From Eledone cirrhosa (Eukaryota), in NCBI GenBank assembly GCA_964016885.1, contig OZ024747.1, positions 61,628,001 through 61,692,000 of the forward strand: a stretch of DNA of 64,000 bases, in the 5' to 3' direction. This document shows, piece after piece, positions 1 through 16,116 of the stretch (position 1 is the stretch's first letter; every line of letters starts with the position of its first letter). Made by a program: the position numbers and the translations under genes. The notes beneath the pieces were generated by a model. That model did not search any database and had not been told where the DNA came from. It was given only the letters and a program-made list of their open reading frames with translations.

Positions 1-169
1 ATTTCTCTCGTCATAGTTGTGTGTGTTGCTATTATTGTTATCATGGTGGTTGTTGTTGTTTCTATCATTAGCATTAATATTATTATTGTTATGATTGCTA
101 GATGTATTGTTGTTTACTTCACCGTTATTGTTGTTGTTGTTACTGCTATTTCTACCATTGTGGTTATGT

Positions 170-2640
<2,471 letters not shown>

Positions 2641-2785
2641 TATATTTGTATTGTTTTTAATCTAGTTATTTATAACATTCAGCTGAAATATTCCTCTATT
2701 TTCTGAGATGTGTTATTACCACAGAAGAGGGGAGAAACAACTGATAAATACACAGATGACCTGTTAACTTGATATATATATTATA

Positions 2786-3480
2786 GGTGGTGGTGGTGGT
2801 GGTGGTTGGGGTGGTGGTGGTGGTGGTGGTAATGGTGGTGGTGGTGGAGGTGGCGGTGGTGGTGGTGGTGGCGGTGGTGGTGGTGGTGGTGGCGGTGGTG
2901 GTAGCAGTAATGACAGTGGTAATGATGGTTGTGGTAATGACAACAGTGGTAATGATGATAGTGGTGGTGGTAATGGTGGTGGTGGTGGTGGTAATGACAA
3001 CAGTGGTAATGGTGATAGTGGCAGTAGTAATGGTGGTGGTAATGATGATAATGGTGGTGGTGGTGGTGGTAATGACAACAGTGGTAATGGTGATAGTGGC
3101 AGTAGTAATGGTGGTGGTAATGATGATAATGGTGGTGGTGGTGGTGGTAATGACAACAGTGGTAATGGTGATAGTGGCAGTAGTAATGGTGGTGGTAATG
3201 ATGATAATGGTGGTGGTGGTGGTGGTAATGGTGATAGTGGCAGTAGGTGGTGGTGGTGGTGGTAGTGATGGTTGTGGTAATGACAACAGTGGTAATGGTG
3301 AAGATGGTGCTAGTAATGGTGCTGATGATGCTGGTGATAGTGTTAGTGGTGGTGGTGGTGGTGGTGGTGGAGGCTGTGAAGGTGGTGGTGGTGGTGATGG
3401 TGATGTTGATGGTAGTAACTGGAGTGATGACATGGTGGTGACGATGATGAGGATAATAATCCCCCCCCCCCCCCCCCCCG
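2786..3480. repeat. (GGT)n-rich trinucleotide repeat with repeated sub-blocks
   Basis: Visible GGT/AGT/GAT arrays; GTAATGACAACAGTGGTAATG recurs. Confidence 0.95.
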
Positions 3481-3539
3481 TTCTGATTTGATCACTGACA
3501 CTGTTTCCCTGGTGAGGGCAATTAGGCAGAGAAGTTAGG

Positions 3540-3775
3540 AAATTTACCGCTCACACACCACATCTATGTAGGTTTAGCTGGGCTTGTATGATTTCACATC
3601 GGATAGAAGGTTTCCTGAGTATTGTAATGATAGGGGTCTCAGTCCTATCATGAAAGGCAATGTGAAATAAAGCATCTTGCTCTATAACACAATATGACAC
3701 TGGTTCCAAGAATTATATCCACAACCTTATGATTGATAGTTCAGCATCCTACCCACTAGGTCTACATCCCTTCAA
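3540..3775 (-). mobile_element. Old tRNA-derived SINE, family A-related
   Basis: GATAGGGG..CAGTCCTATCA and GCAATGTGAAATAAAGCATCTTGCTC match the reverse complement of the family-A core; related copy at 19920-20150. Confidence 0.6.
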
Positions 3776-3894
3776 AGAGTCATTAAAGCTTAACCCTTTG
3801 GTATTTACATTACTCTATATTTACTAATGTATTTTTGTGATGAAGTCTTTACCTCACATAATATCAAATTTATTAAAGTCTAACAGTCTAAAGT

Positions 3895-4282
3895 ATGTTT
3901 TGAGCCCAAAGGCTCATCAGGCTGGTGCTTATCCTGGTTTCCATGGCATGAAGCAACTGAGAGTACAAGCCTCTGCTCTGGACAGGACACCAGTCCATTG
4001 CAGGGTTGAAGTCTGTCTCGAGCCCAGAAGTTCATCAGACCAGTGCTTATTCTGATTTCCATGGCATGAAGTGACCGAGAGTACAAGACTTCCCTCCAAA
4101 CAGGATGCCAGTCCATCACAGAATTAAACCCCCAGCTATTGCTGGTACTTGTTTTCAGCTGTGTATACTGGAGCAACTTGAAATGAAGTGTTCTGCTCAA
4201 GAACACAACCTAGCCCAGGAATTGAACCCACAACATTATGATGATAAGTCCAACACCCTTACCACCGGGCCATGCACCTCCA
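3895..4282 (-). mobile_element. tRNA-derived SINE with family A-like core, a different 3' region and an internal duplication
   Basis: CTGGAGCAACTTGAAATGAAGTGTTCTGCTCAAGAACAC core and reversed tRNA-like head at ~4215-4280; TTTCCATGGCATGAAG segment occurs twice. Confidence 0.6.
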
Positions 4283-4521
4283 CATTAATTAAAGTAGGTG
4301 GGGTGAAATGTGTTTTTGACCTTAAGCACTGTTTTTTACACTTCCAATTTGCCCTTGTCATCAATCCTATAATCCCTCAGGAATCAGCATGTAGCAAACA
4401 TTACTAGCATCTCCAGAAGTTTAAGGGGTTTTGTTTTCTTTTAGATCTACAAGGCATAGCCATGTTGGTAAGAAGGTTGCCTCACAATCACATGGTTCTG
4501 GATTTTATTCCACTATACAAC

Positions 4522-4821
4522 CAGGGTCGAATTTAATGGGGAGCAATTGCCCCAGGTGCCTTGCAGGGGGGGGGGGCACAAGCAACAGCCATACCAATTT
4601 ACTTGTGCCCTCAGCTGGGCTTTTTAGTTTTAGGATGGTTAGAATTTTTGAATTTAATGCCTGTATGTAAACTTTTCAATTCCAATTACTTGCACCAAGC
4701 TAACTTTGATATGTAAAATGTGGTGGGGGGGGGGTTGCTGTGTATTCTAATTTTTTTCTGATGAAGGGTCCCCAGAAACCCTGGAGTGCCTCAGGCACCC
4801 CAAGGTCTAAATCTGTCTCTG
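4522..4821. mobile_element. hAT-type MITE
   Basis: Imperfect TIRs CAGGGTCGAATTTA / TAAATCTGTCTCTG; 8-bp TSD TATACAAC / TATGCAAC; related copies at 10275-10490, 33995-34288, 63514-63708. Confidence 0.7.
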
Positions 4822-4995
4822 TATGCAACACTTGAAATCTCCAATTGACAAATGCCCTGTAAGTGGAATTTGGTGAGCATGACTATGTGAAATCTGTCAT
4901 CATAATCATTTTATGTACATTTTCTATGCTGACATGGGTTGGATGTATTGTCATGGTCTGAGTAAGTTGTTATTCAGAGAGTTACTATCGTCCTA

Positions 4996-5296
4996 GATGA
5001 ACCAGAGTAACATATCACACTTGGATGAACCAGAGAATTATGTCACACTTGAATGAACCAGAGATTGATATCACACTTGGATGAACCAGAAAATCATGCC
5101 ACACTTGAATGAACCAGAGAATATCACACTTCAATGAACCAGAGAATGATATCACACTTGAATGAACCAGAGAATATCACACTTCAATGAACCAGAGAAT
5201 GACATCACACTTCAATAAATCAGAGAATGAAATCACACTTGAATGAACCAGAGAAGAATATCACACTTCAATGAACCAGAGAATGACATCACACTT
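4996..5296. repeat. Minisatellite, ~28-31 bp unit TCACACTTGAATGAACCAGAGAAT(GA)
   Basis: About 10 directly adjacent units with no unique spacers. Confidence 0.9.
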
Positions 5297-6576
5297 ATAT
5301 GTTTCTATTTTGGCATGGCTTCTATGATTGGATTCCCTTTTTAGCACCAACTTCATTACAGAGTATGCTGGGTGTTGTGTGTGTGTAAAATATTGTGCCA
5401 TGGTGTGTCCCTTTACAGCAAAAGGTAATTTAGCCATTCGGTCAATAAAATAAGCTGCAGTAGGGATGGGGGTTAATATGATCAACTAAAACACTTTAAA
5501 GTTGTGTCCTAGCATGGTCTCCTTTCCAATAACTGAAAACAGTAAATGATTAAAATATAAAAATAACTAAATGTTTTCCATACATTACAATTATTTCAAT
5601 TGATTTAATATATTTAATATATATCTAATCTATATTTAATATATTTAATATATGTTTAATATATTAAATATATTTACAAAGTTTTCTCTTCTCTACCATA
5701 ATATATTTCAATTAAATCTGTCAGCCAAACAACAATTCTTCTCCAATTGTTCTTTGAAGACCTACACACAGATCTTCTCTTGATAATGGATTTTTAAACC
5801 AGAAAATATTTGAGATAATTAAATTTGCTAAGATAAAATTCTATCGTCTTCATTCTTTCCTCTATTATACCTACTACCTTGGCACATTTAATCTTCTACA
5901 TGATGTAAGGCTTTTAAACTTATTTAAATTTGTATATTTAACATATTTGATATATATGTAATATATTTACAAAGTTTTCTCTTCTCTACCATAATATATG
6001 TAATTTATTTAATATATATTTAATATATTTACAAAGTTTCCTCTTCTCAACTATAATATCTACTTCCTCCTCCATATTAATTCATTCAACATTACTTTAC
6101 TGTTTTGTAAACCAGTTTTGTGTAGTTTCTTGCAATGATTATTTCACAAGTCACTTGGCTTACAAATGGCTTCCTATTCTGCCATAAAGGCTCAGTCAAT
6201 TCAAGCGAAGACATTTCCTCTTCTCCCTAAGTCAGGAATTCCTTCCTTAATGCCAGTGGTTTCCTGCTCCCAATAAAATATGAACCTGTAGGTTTCCTGC
6301 ATCTCATAAACCAACAATACAATCTTCAAATTTACTTTAGCTTCATTTATCAATAGCATACTAATAATTTCAACAAAAAAAAATGTCTGCTCTTTTTCAA
6401 AACTTGTAGTGACTGGCTTGTGTTATATTGATTTCTGGTATTTAATTTTGGCCCAAAGCCAGCAAATTTTGGGAAGGGTAAAGTTGATTAAATCAACCCC
6501 AATATATTGAGTTTGAAAGTATGAAAGGCAATGGGATTTGAGCTCTGAATGTAAATTATTAAAATTGTATATATAT

Positions 6577-7085
6577 CATCATCATCATTATCATCATCAT
6601 CATCATGCGTCCACTTTTCCTTCTTGCAAGGGTGGGACAGGTCCTATTCAGCACAGCATTTCTCCATTTGTCATGGTATTTTGTCATCTCCTCCGTGAGC
6701 TTCAGCGATCTGAAGTCAGCTCTCACCACCTCCACCCATGTTTTTTGTGATCTTCCTCTACTGTGTCTTCCTTCCGCCGGGATTTCTTGGCACTTCTTCA
6801 CCCAGCGGTCATCTTCCTTGAGCATCACATGGCCATACCAATGCAGTCTTCTCTCCCGCATACCACAACTTATCCCTCTTATACACAGTTTCACTCTCAA
6901 CTCATCTATGCTTGGTCATTCACGCACATTGACATTGCACATCCATCGGAACATATTTGCTTCAATTCTCTTCGGCCGTCACTTATCCTCTGCAGCTGCT
7001 GCCCATGTCTCACTACCATGCAGCACCGGGCATCTCACACAGGCATCATACAACCAACCTCTCGTTAATAGGGAGAAACCCTTCA
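6577..7085 (-). mobile_element. 5'-truncated RTE-clade LINE, 3' end with (GAT)n tail
   Basis: Translates KGFSL..LYDACV..LHGSETWA..RRLHWYGHV..GRSQKTW..DKWR, homologous to the C-terminus of 24257-25930; contains an in-frame stop. Confidence 0.9.
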
Positions 7086-7999
7086 TTGTGTGTGTAGTTT
7101 AAGATAAACAAAAAATGAACACATAGATACAATAACACAAAGTCTTATTAGTTTCACGCTTGTTGGAAAACAAAAATGAATGTTTTGCTTTATTGGACTT
7201 TCGTCCTTCATCAGGAAAGAGCAAAGTTCAGAGAAAGCAGATGTTTGGAGGGGAATGAGGCTAGAGACCAGGTCTATCGTTGGTACTAGATAGATATAGT
7301 TTGGCAAGTTTACCTCCTGGATTGTTAGTGTTTCATTAAGTCGTTATTTTCAAAATCAAGCAATTTGATATGTATACTATGTTAGGGCGAAAACCCAAAT
7401 TCTAATTTTGTTTTTATTTATATTACTAATACCTTCTAAGTTCTTGACTATTTTCAAAATTAATGGAAAATCATGGCCAGTGTGTTTCATTAGAAATACT
7501 TCAATAAGATCATTAAACACTCTTTACTTTCTCTACTCACAAGATCAGCTCTCTCTCACTCTCTCTCTCTCTCTCTCTCTCTGTCTTAATACCTTGAGCT
7601 CTATCAGATGTTTTTAATGGCAATAACATCTCTGTGTAGGAGGAGTATAACAGGTTTGTCAAATACTTACATTAAAGTCAGTAGAGTTTGACCTCATATT
7701 GTCTATATTTACTATGGTATTTTCGTGGTAATGGCTTTACCTCACAGAATTATTTCATATAATATTGAATCTATGAGATTCTGATATTATTTATTTTGAG
7801 AACAATACCTTAACACCAGTATGAGCAGCTGGTTACAACCAGTTTGAACAGAAAGATGTAATTTTCTTAATAACTGTAGTAGTAGTAGTAGTAGTAGTAG
7901 TAATTGTCTTAATAACTGTAGTAGTAGTAGTAGTAGTAATTGTCTTAATAACTGTAGTAGTAGCAGTAGTAGTAATTGTATTATTATTGATATTATTTG

Positions 8000-8410
8000 T
8001 CAGTATCGGTAGAGGGTCGGACGCCCTGCTTTGACGCATAGAGTTATGGCCCTTGCCATTCTGATTTCAAATCCCGCCAAGGTTAACTTTGCCTTTCATC
8101 CTTACGGGGTCGATAAAATAAAGTACCAGTCACGCACTGGGGCCGATTTAATCGACTTTCTCCTCCCCCCAAATTGCTGGCCTTGTGCCTACATAAGAAA
8201 CAATTATTATTAGGGTGGTGGATTGGCAGTATCGGTAGAGAGTCGGACACCATGCTTTGCAGCATAGAGTTACAGGCCTTTGCGGACTGAGTTCAAATCC
8301 CACTGAGATTAACTTTGCCTTTCATCCTTCCGGGGGTCGATAAAATAAAGTACCAGTAATGCACTGGGATATTTGCTGGCCTTGTGCCAAAAGTAGAAAC
8401 AATTATTATT
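8000..8410 (+). mobile_element. Two tandem family-B tRNA-derived SINEs
   Basis: Head GGCAGTATCGGTAGAG..GAGTTCAAATCCC; core AACTTTGCCTTTCATCCTTACGGGGTCGATAAAATAAAGTACCAG; tail GCTGGCCTTGTGCC..AGAAACAATTATT. Confidence 0.85.
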
Positions 8411-8796
8411 CGTAGTAGTAGCAGTAGTTCCATAACACCATATTCTTTTAGAAGTAATAAAAAAGACTGACATTAAAAAGAACCAACAATCATACAAGAA
8501 CGCCCACGCACATATATTTATATATATATACACACACACATATATACACACACACACATATATACACACACAAACAAACGAAAACAACAAAAAATATTTA
8601 GACCCCAACACAAATATGAAAATATTTCACAGCAATAAAAACATGAAAAGTCCATCTGAACCTCTGAAGAGAGAAAGCTTGATATAAAACCAGAGAGAAA
8701 ACAATGAATTTCTCTGCTTATATCAATAATAAACAGTTTTATATAAATAGAAAAACGATTATCTGTATTCAAGATGTACAACCTTGTCACATCTTT

Positions 8797-9483
8797 TATC
8801 ACTATCACCAACATCACTATCACCACCATCACTATCACCACCATCACTATCACCAACATCACTATCACCAACATCACTATCACCACCATCACTATCACCA
8901 CCATCACTATCACCAACATCACTATCACCAACACCACTATCACCAACATCACTATCACCACCATCACTATCACCACCATCACTATCACCAACATCACTAT
9001 CACCAACACCACTATCACCAACATCACTACCAACACCACTATCACCAACATCACTATCACCACCACCACTATCACCAACACCACTATCACCAACATCACT
9101 ATCACCACCATCACTATCACCACCATCACTATCACCAACACCACTATCACCAACACCACTATCACCAACATCACTACCAACACCACTATCACCAACACCA
9201 CTATCACCACCATCACTATCACCAACACCACTATCACCACCATCACTATCACCACCATCACTATCACCACCATCACTATCACCAACACCACTATCACCAA
9301 CATCACTACCAACACCACTATCACCAACACCACTATCACCAACATCACTATCACCAACATCACTATCACCAACACTATCACCAACATCACTATCATCATC
9401 ACTATCACCAAAACCACTATTACCAACATCACTATCGCCAACACCACTATTACCAACATCACTATCGCCAACATCACTATCAC
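8797..9483. repeat. 15-bp minisatellite ATCACTATCACCA(A/C)C
   Basis: Roughly 45 tandem units; explains the GDSD/HHY/ITN ORFs. Confidence 0.95.
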
Positions 9484-10274
9484 AATTCTTATCTTTATTT
9501 ATTTTATAATTTCTTCTCTTCTTTGAGATCAAATATTGGATAATTGATAAATTAGGAAAAAGATCAGGTCTTATTTCATAGCAGTCCCTGATGTGAATGT
9601 TGATTCTTGAGTTTAATCTTTTATTTTCTGTTCAATATATTTAAAGGTTTTGTCTTCTTCAATAACATTTTTATTTCCCCATCCTTCTTCTTAAAGCTGT
9701 TTTCTCAGCAATTTAATTTCTATTTTGGTTTTTGGATTTGTTACTTTCATATAATATTTGCAGTTTGATGTTATAGCAAGCCTTAAGCTAAATGAAACTC
9801 TTGTCTGATATGGTTTCAAATTTGAAAATTATACATATTGTCAATTTTTGTAACACATCAAAAAAGAATTTAGTGAAGCGGTAAGGTGAGGTGTATGAGG
9901 CTAGAGGTGTAATGTTCAAAGTTTGAATTATTAAATATTCCTCTTTAAGTGGATGTGTGTGACCTATGGGTTAAGGTGGTCTGCTTATGATTGTAAGGTT
10001 GTGGGTTTGATACTTGGACCAGGCAGTGCATTGTGTCCTTGAGCAAGACACTTCATTTCATGTTGATCCAGTCAACTCAAGTGAAAAAACAAAATAAAAA
10101 TGAAAACAAAGCATGTACCAGCAGTATAATTACTGGGATAGATAGATACATTAGATAGATAGATAAATATATAGAAAGATAGATAGATACATTAGATAGA
10201 TAGATAAATATATAGAAAGATAGATAGATACATTAGATAGATAGATAAATATATAGAAAGATAGATAGATACAT

Positions 10275-10490
10275 ATTTGTTCCCTTAGCTGGGCTTTTTA
10301 GTTTTAGGATGGTTAGAATTTTTGAATTTAATACCTGTATGTATAACTTTTCAATTCCAATTAGTTGCACCAAGCTAACTTTGATATGTAAAATTGGAGG
10401 GTTTGCTGTGTATTCTAATTTTTTTCTGTATGAAGGGCCCCTCAAAAAACCTGAAGTGCCCTGGGCCCCCAAGATCTAAATCGAACCCTG
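10275..10490. mobile_element. Partial hAT-type MITE (family of 4522-4821)
   Basis: Shared body AGCTGGGCTTTTTAGTTTTAGGATGGTTAGAATT; ends CTAAATCGAACCCTG. Confidence 0.7.
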
Positions 10491-10514
10491 GTTACACTGA
10501 CATCACTAAGTTAA

Positions 10515-10726
10515 CTCTTTAGTATTTACATAACTCCATTGTATTTCCACAGTAAATACTTTATTTCATATAATTATCTCACATAATATCGAATCTACAA
10601 GATTTTGATATTATTTATTTTGAGAACAATACCTTAACATAAGTATGAGCAGTTGGTTACAAGCAGTTTTAACAGAAAAGGGTGAGAGAATTCTGGCTGG
10701 ATATGGCCAGTTTAAATGCTAAAGAG
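10515..10726. mobile_element. piggyBac-type MITE
   Basis: TTAA|CTCTTTAGTATTTA ... TAAATGCTAAAGAG|TTAA. Confidence 0.8.
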
Positions 10727-11095
10727 TTAAGAAATAATTAGAATTGATCCAAGTAAAATGTAAAAATAATGGAAAATGGATACTTATAAGATCTTTCCTG
10801 ATGATATATGACACCTTCATAGATGTTTACAGGTAGTTCAATAAATCAGAGACTCATATAATCAGAGACAATAGGACTTAATTAGCCAACAGGTGGGAAT
10901 ATTTAGTAGCTGTAAGATGTTAACTCTCAACAGAAGAGTGAAGTTGATGAAGATCTGACACAAAAAGCAATTCCACAGTCAACATATATACATACAGGTG
11001 TGTATCTGTGTATTTGCATACATAGATACATACCAATACCTAGATATCCATAACTATATATCAATACACATACAGACAAATATATACATACACAC

Positions 11096-11127
<32 letters not shown>

Positions 11128-11371
11128 GTATGTACAATAGTACAGCATATTCGAAGTTAGAGTAGGAGCTAAACCAAGGAATGCCTTCAGCAGTGCAGCC
11201 AAGCACTCAACGAGGAATAGACCTCAGAGTAATAACTTACAGTTTAAAGGGCTTTGCAAATTGAAAATAGCGACAGCTAATTCAGCCGCGTGATCTGTAG
11301 CAACGAAAGAACTGACTAGTGAGAAAAGGATATACACACACACACACATACACACACATACATATATATAT

Positions 11372-11781
11372 ATGGTGGCTGCCAACTCGTTTTCGAGTAC
11401 GGCCACTACTTTATATCCATGTAGGAGAACCCCTACCGATGCGCTGAACGAGTGACTTTTAAGTCCAGCCAGCGACTTGAAAACTCTGGTACAAACACTA
11501 CACCTGTGACAATTATTGACACATAGTGCTGGGCCCATGGTACCATGTGACGACAAGTGCAGAGAGATCTCCAGATATAAAGCAATGCCTGTGCCGTGAA
11601 GCTTTTATAGTGAGCAAAGGCACTGCACAAAGCCAGTCCCACTCTCTTAACCAAGATGATATTTACCAAAAAGAAGAACAAGTCAACATCATTGGATACC
11701 ATCAGGGCTGCTGGTGTTATATCAGAGATTTCCTTCTCCTAGAATTCTGCCTTGACAAAGGCTAAGGGGTCATCTCTCCCG
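11372..11781 (-). mobile_element. Non-autonomous RTE-derived retroposon, 5'-truncated copy
   Basis: Near-identical reverse complement of ~38829-39240; encodes [19 protein letters not shown]. Confidence 0.8.
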
Positions 11782-12173
11782 TATAAGAATATACATACAT
11801 ATATGCACATATCTGTATATATAACATACCTGGACCATCACTTCGAAATTACTGAATATCCAAGTGAGGTTTCTGTAAATCCGAAATCAACAAAATCCGC
11901 TTGTGGTGTATACAAGTTAGGTTTCTGGAAGATCAAACAGAGGAATTTACTTTCTCAACAGGCTTTTGTTCTAACCCAAAATCCGGTGTGAAGCACATGT
12001 TACTCCAAAGGGAGATAACCCCGGTTTATGATGGTCAATTCAAAAATTATGAGCAATGGAAAAAATTCCATGCACAAACTGAATTAAGCACTCAACCAGA
12101 CCGTTATTAAATATATATGTATGTATATATATCTGTATCTATATATGTGTGTATATATGTGTATATATATATG

Positions 12174-12209
<36 letters not shown>

Positions 12210-12385
12210 AATATATATATATATTAAAATAACAGATTAAAGTTTAAGCAAAGAATCACTGCTTTCACCCTTAACGGGATCTTATATATTTGCTCTAGGG
12301 TTCTTATATATTTTATATATATTTATCCTTATCGAGTCCTCTTTCGAGTTTAGTCTTCGCATTTATTATTATTACTATATATATA

Positions 12386-12712
12386 TCATCATCATCATCA
12401 TCATCATCATTTTACGTCTGCTTTTCCCTGCTTGCAAGGGTGGGACGGGAACTGATTCTGGCTTGATTTCTACAGCTGGATGCCCTTCCTAACACCAACC
12501 TCATTTACAGTGAGTGCTGGGTGCTTTTTTTTGCCGTGGCACCTCCACGACCACTTTTCAGTGGAATGATATGGACCCCAGTCCCTATCATCTCATTTCT
12601 ACAGCTGAGTAAACTGGAGCAATGTGAAATAAAGTGTCTTGCTCAAGGAAACAACACATCACCCGGTCTGAGAATTGAACTCACAACCTTTCAATTGCAA
12701 GGCCAAAGCTCT
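12386..12712 (-). mobile_element. Family-A SINE
   Basis: Reverse complement of 23675-24015 with (CAT)n tail. Confidence 0.9.
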
Positions 12713-13014
12713 ATATGTTTATATATATATATATATATATATATAGGAGGAGTATGTAGTTTACTTGAAACATTGTATATGGTATAAAGAATTTGAAGTT
12801 TGAAGGCCACGACAATGCAAAATGGATGAATAAATAAATAAATTGTGCATTACTGGTACTTTATTTTATCGACCCCGCAAGGATGAAAGACAAAGTTAAC
12901 CTTGGTGGGATTTGAACTCAGAATCGCAAGGGCCGTAACTCTATGCTCCAATAATGTGAATGCTAAAGGGTTAAGTATTCATTCTTGATATACTTAAACA
13001 AAACCTTATCTACA

Positions 13015-13048
<34 letters not shown>

Positions 13049-13469
13049 ACCACAGATGCCATAACTTCATAATTATCTCTTTTCTATCACTGCCATTTGG
13101 CCCCCAAGTAGAGATAACTCTTCCATTGGAACAAGAACCAACAACCTCTCTAGCATTGGTGCCACAAAAATACACTTGGCACACCCTATAAGGTGGTTGG
13201 TGATAGGAAGGGTGTCCAGCCAGAGAAAACTTGCTGAACAAAGGGTTGGGAGGACACTTTAGTTGTGTCAGAGACATGACAGCTTCTCTGGTGTTGGTGC
13301 ACTTGGTAGAATGTGAGACCATATGTAAGCAAGCTACAGACCTCACCCCACTGTCTACCTGGGAGGTTAGTAGCTGAGCTTCAGTACTGTCCTGGTTTAT
13401 GTAGACCCATCCAACCCATGCTAGCAGGGAAAGCTAACGTTAAACAATGATGATACCAACATTCATACA

Positions 13470-13482
13470 TCTATACATGCAT

Positions 13483-13536
<54 letters not shown>

Positions 13537-14481
13537 ATACACATACATCTATATATGCATATACATGTATATACACAATATACATATATATATACACAAA
13601 CCCATGTATATATGTACATCTATGTATGCATATACATATATATGTACACACATACATCTATATATGCATACAAATATATATATATATGCACATACATGTA
13701 TATACATTCACACACACACATATACATGACCACAAGTTTATTTCAACAATTATTTCCTTAAGAAAACATTTTATATAAGAAACAATAACCACCATAACCC
13801 CTACCCCAACAACCACAACCACCATTACCATCACAACCATCACCATCACAACCATCACCATCACAACCATCACCCCTACCACCATAACCAACATCTCTAC
13901 CACTGCCACCACCATAACCATCACCATGATCACCATTACCATCACCTTCACCCCTGCCACCATAACCATCATCATCATGACCATCACCATCTCCACCGTA
14001 ACCAACATCTCTACCACCACCACCACCACCACAACCATCACCACCATCACCCCTACCACCATCACCACAACTACCATCTCCTTCACCCCCTGCCACCACA
14101 ATCATCACCCCTACCAACATGTCTACCACCACCACTACTACTACCACCACCACCACCATCACCACCACCCTTACCATCACAACCATCACCATCACAACCA
14201 TCACCACCATCACCCCTACCCCCCATTACTAACATCTCTACCACCACCATCAACACCACCCTTACCATCACCACCACCCTTACCATCACCACCACCCTTA
14301 CCACCACCACCACCATTACCGCCACCACAACCCTCACCACCACCACCACAACAACAATAAAAACACCACAATAGAACACAATTCTAGTCAGACTGTTCTC
14401 GCGGTTTATAGTTTTTCAGAAGATTTGTTGCCTTTATTTGTTGTATATTATTGAACTTAGTTGAAACTTCCAGTAAACTGT

Positions 14482-14513
<32 letters not shown>

Positions 14514-14515
14514 AT

Positions 14516-14552
<37 letters not shown>

Positions 14553-14616
14553 AGCATGTGTGTGTGTATATATATATATATATGTGTGTGTGTATATATA
14601 TATGTATGTGTGTGTG

Positions 14617-14661
<45 letters not shown>

Positions 14662-14697
14662 GCATGTGTGTAGGGGGATTTGAAACTTCCAGTAAAC

Positions 14698-14744
<47 letters not shown>

Positions 14745-14746
14745 AT

Positions 14747-14781
<35 letters not shown>

Positions 14782-14849
14782 AGCATGTGTGTGTGTATAT
14801 ATATATGTATGTGTATGTATGTGTGTATATATATATGTATGTGTATGTG

Positions 14850-14894
<45 letters not shown>

Positions 14895-14942
14895 GTATAC
14901 ATATATGCATGTGTGTGGGGGGATTTGAAACTTAGAGTAAAC

Positions 14943-14987
<45 letters not shown>

Positions 14988-15134
14988 CTATATATAAATA
15001 TATATATATATATGTATATATATATGGCTGTATGTATGTGTGTGTGTGTGTCTATATATATATATATATGTATGTTGTGTGTGTGTGTCTATATATGTAT
15101 ATATATGTATATATGTCTGTATGTATGTTGTGTG

Positions 15135-15191
<57 letters not shown>

Positions 15192-15706
15192 ATATGTCTG
15201 TCTGTATGCTGTGTGTGTGTCTATATATATATATATAGACATATATATACATATATATATATATATATGTATATATGTCTGTCTGTATGCTGTGTGTGTG
15301 TGTATATATATATAGACATATATATACATACATATATATGTATATATGTCTGCCTGTGTGGGGTGTGGGTGTGCATGCATGTGGTTTTCTGTTTACAAAG
15401 AAAAATAAACTAATTTAGAAGAAAGAAAGGAAAAAGTTTTGGTGAACATCGATCAATGTGAGTGGTAATGACTGCAACTACAACTACAACAACAACTACA
15501 ACAACAACTACTACAACTGCAACAGTAACAACTACAACAGTAACAACAGTAACAGTGACAACAACAACAACAACAGAAATGACTAGCTGAACAGCAACAT
15601 AAACAACAACAAATAACAACAATGGTAACAAGAACAAAAACAACAACAACATAAGCAACATCAATAAGAGCAACAACAACAACAACAGCAGCAGCAGCAA
15701 GAAAGG

Positions 15707-15737
<31 letters not shown>

Positions 15738-15927
15738 GCAGCAGCAAGAAAGGAACAACAACAACAACAACGGCAAGAAAGGAACAACAGCAAGAAAGGA
15801 ACAACAACAACAACAACAAAGGAACAACAACAACAACAACAACAATGGCAAGAGAAAGAAGACAACTAAAAACTTGTTTGTGCAACAAGACGTACTGGCA
15901 GTTGTTTTTTTATAACTACGTGCATGA

Positions 15928-15970
<43 letters not shown>
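13470..15970. repeat. Compound microsatellite block (TA, CA, CAC/CAT, CAA), including three ~220-250 bp tandem units starting TTGAAACTT..AGTAAACTGTGT
   Basis: Directly visible; unit starts near 14461, 14680 and 14925. Confidence 0.9.
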
Positions 15971-15973
<3 letters not shown>

Positions 15974-16116
15974 GTGCATGTGTACATCTGTTTGGCAGTG
16001 TGCATGTGTATGCATCTGTTTGTGAGCATGTGTCTATGCGTGTGTGCATCTATTTGTGAGTATATCTGTGTGTATGTGTGTGCATCTATTTTTTAGCATA
16101 TCTGTCTGCATGTGTG

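Noticed and set aside
4755-4790. CTGATGA..GAAA hammerhead-like string
   Set aside because: Lies in the hAT MITE; the sister copy at ~10427 lacks the core, so it is a chance match
4996-5296. CRISPR-like ~30-bp repeats
   Set aside because: No unique spacers, no cas genes, eukaryotic context
8704-9543. His-rich or GDSD-repeat ORFs resembling structural or biomineral proteins
   Set aside because: A 15-bp repeat lacking stops in most frames; no signal peptide or supported splice context
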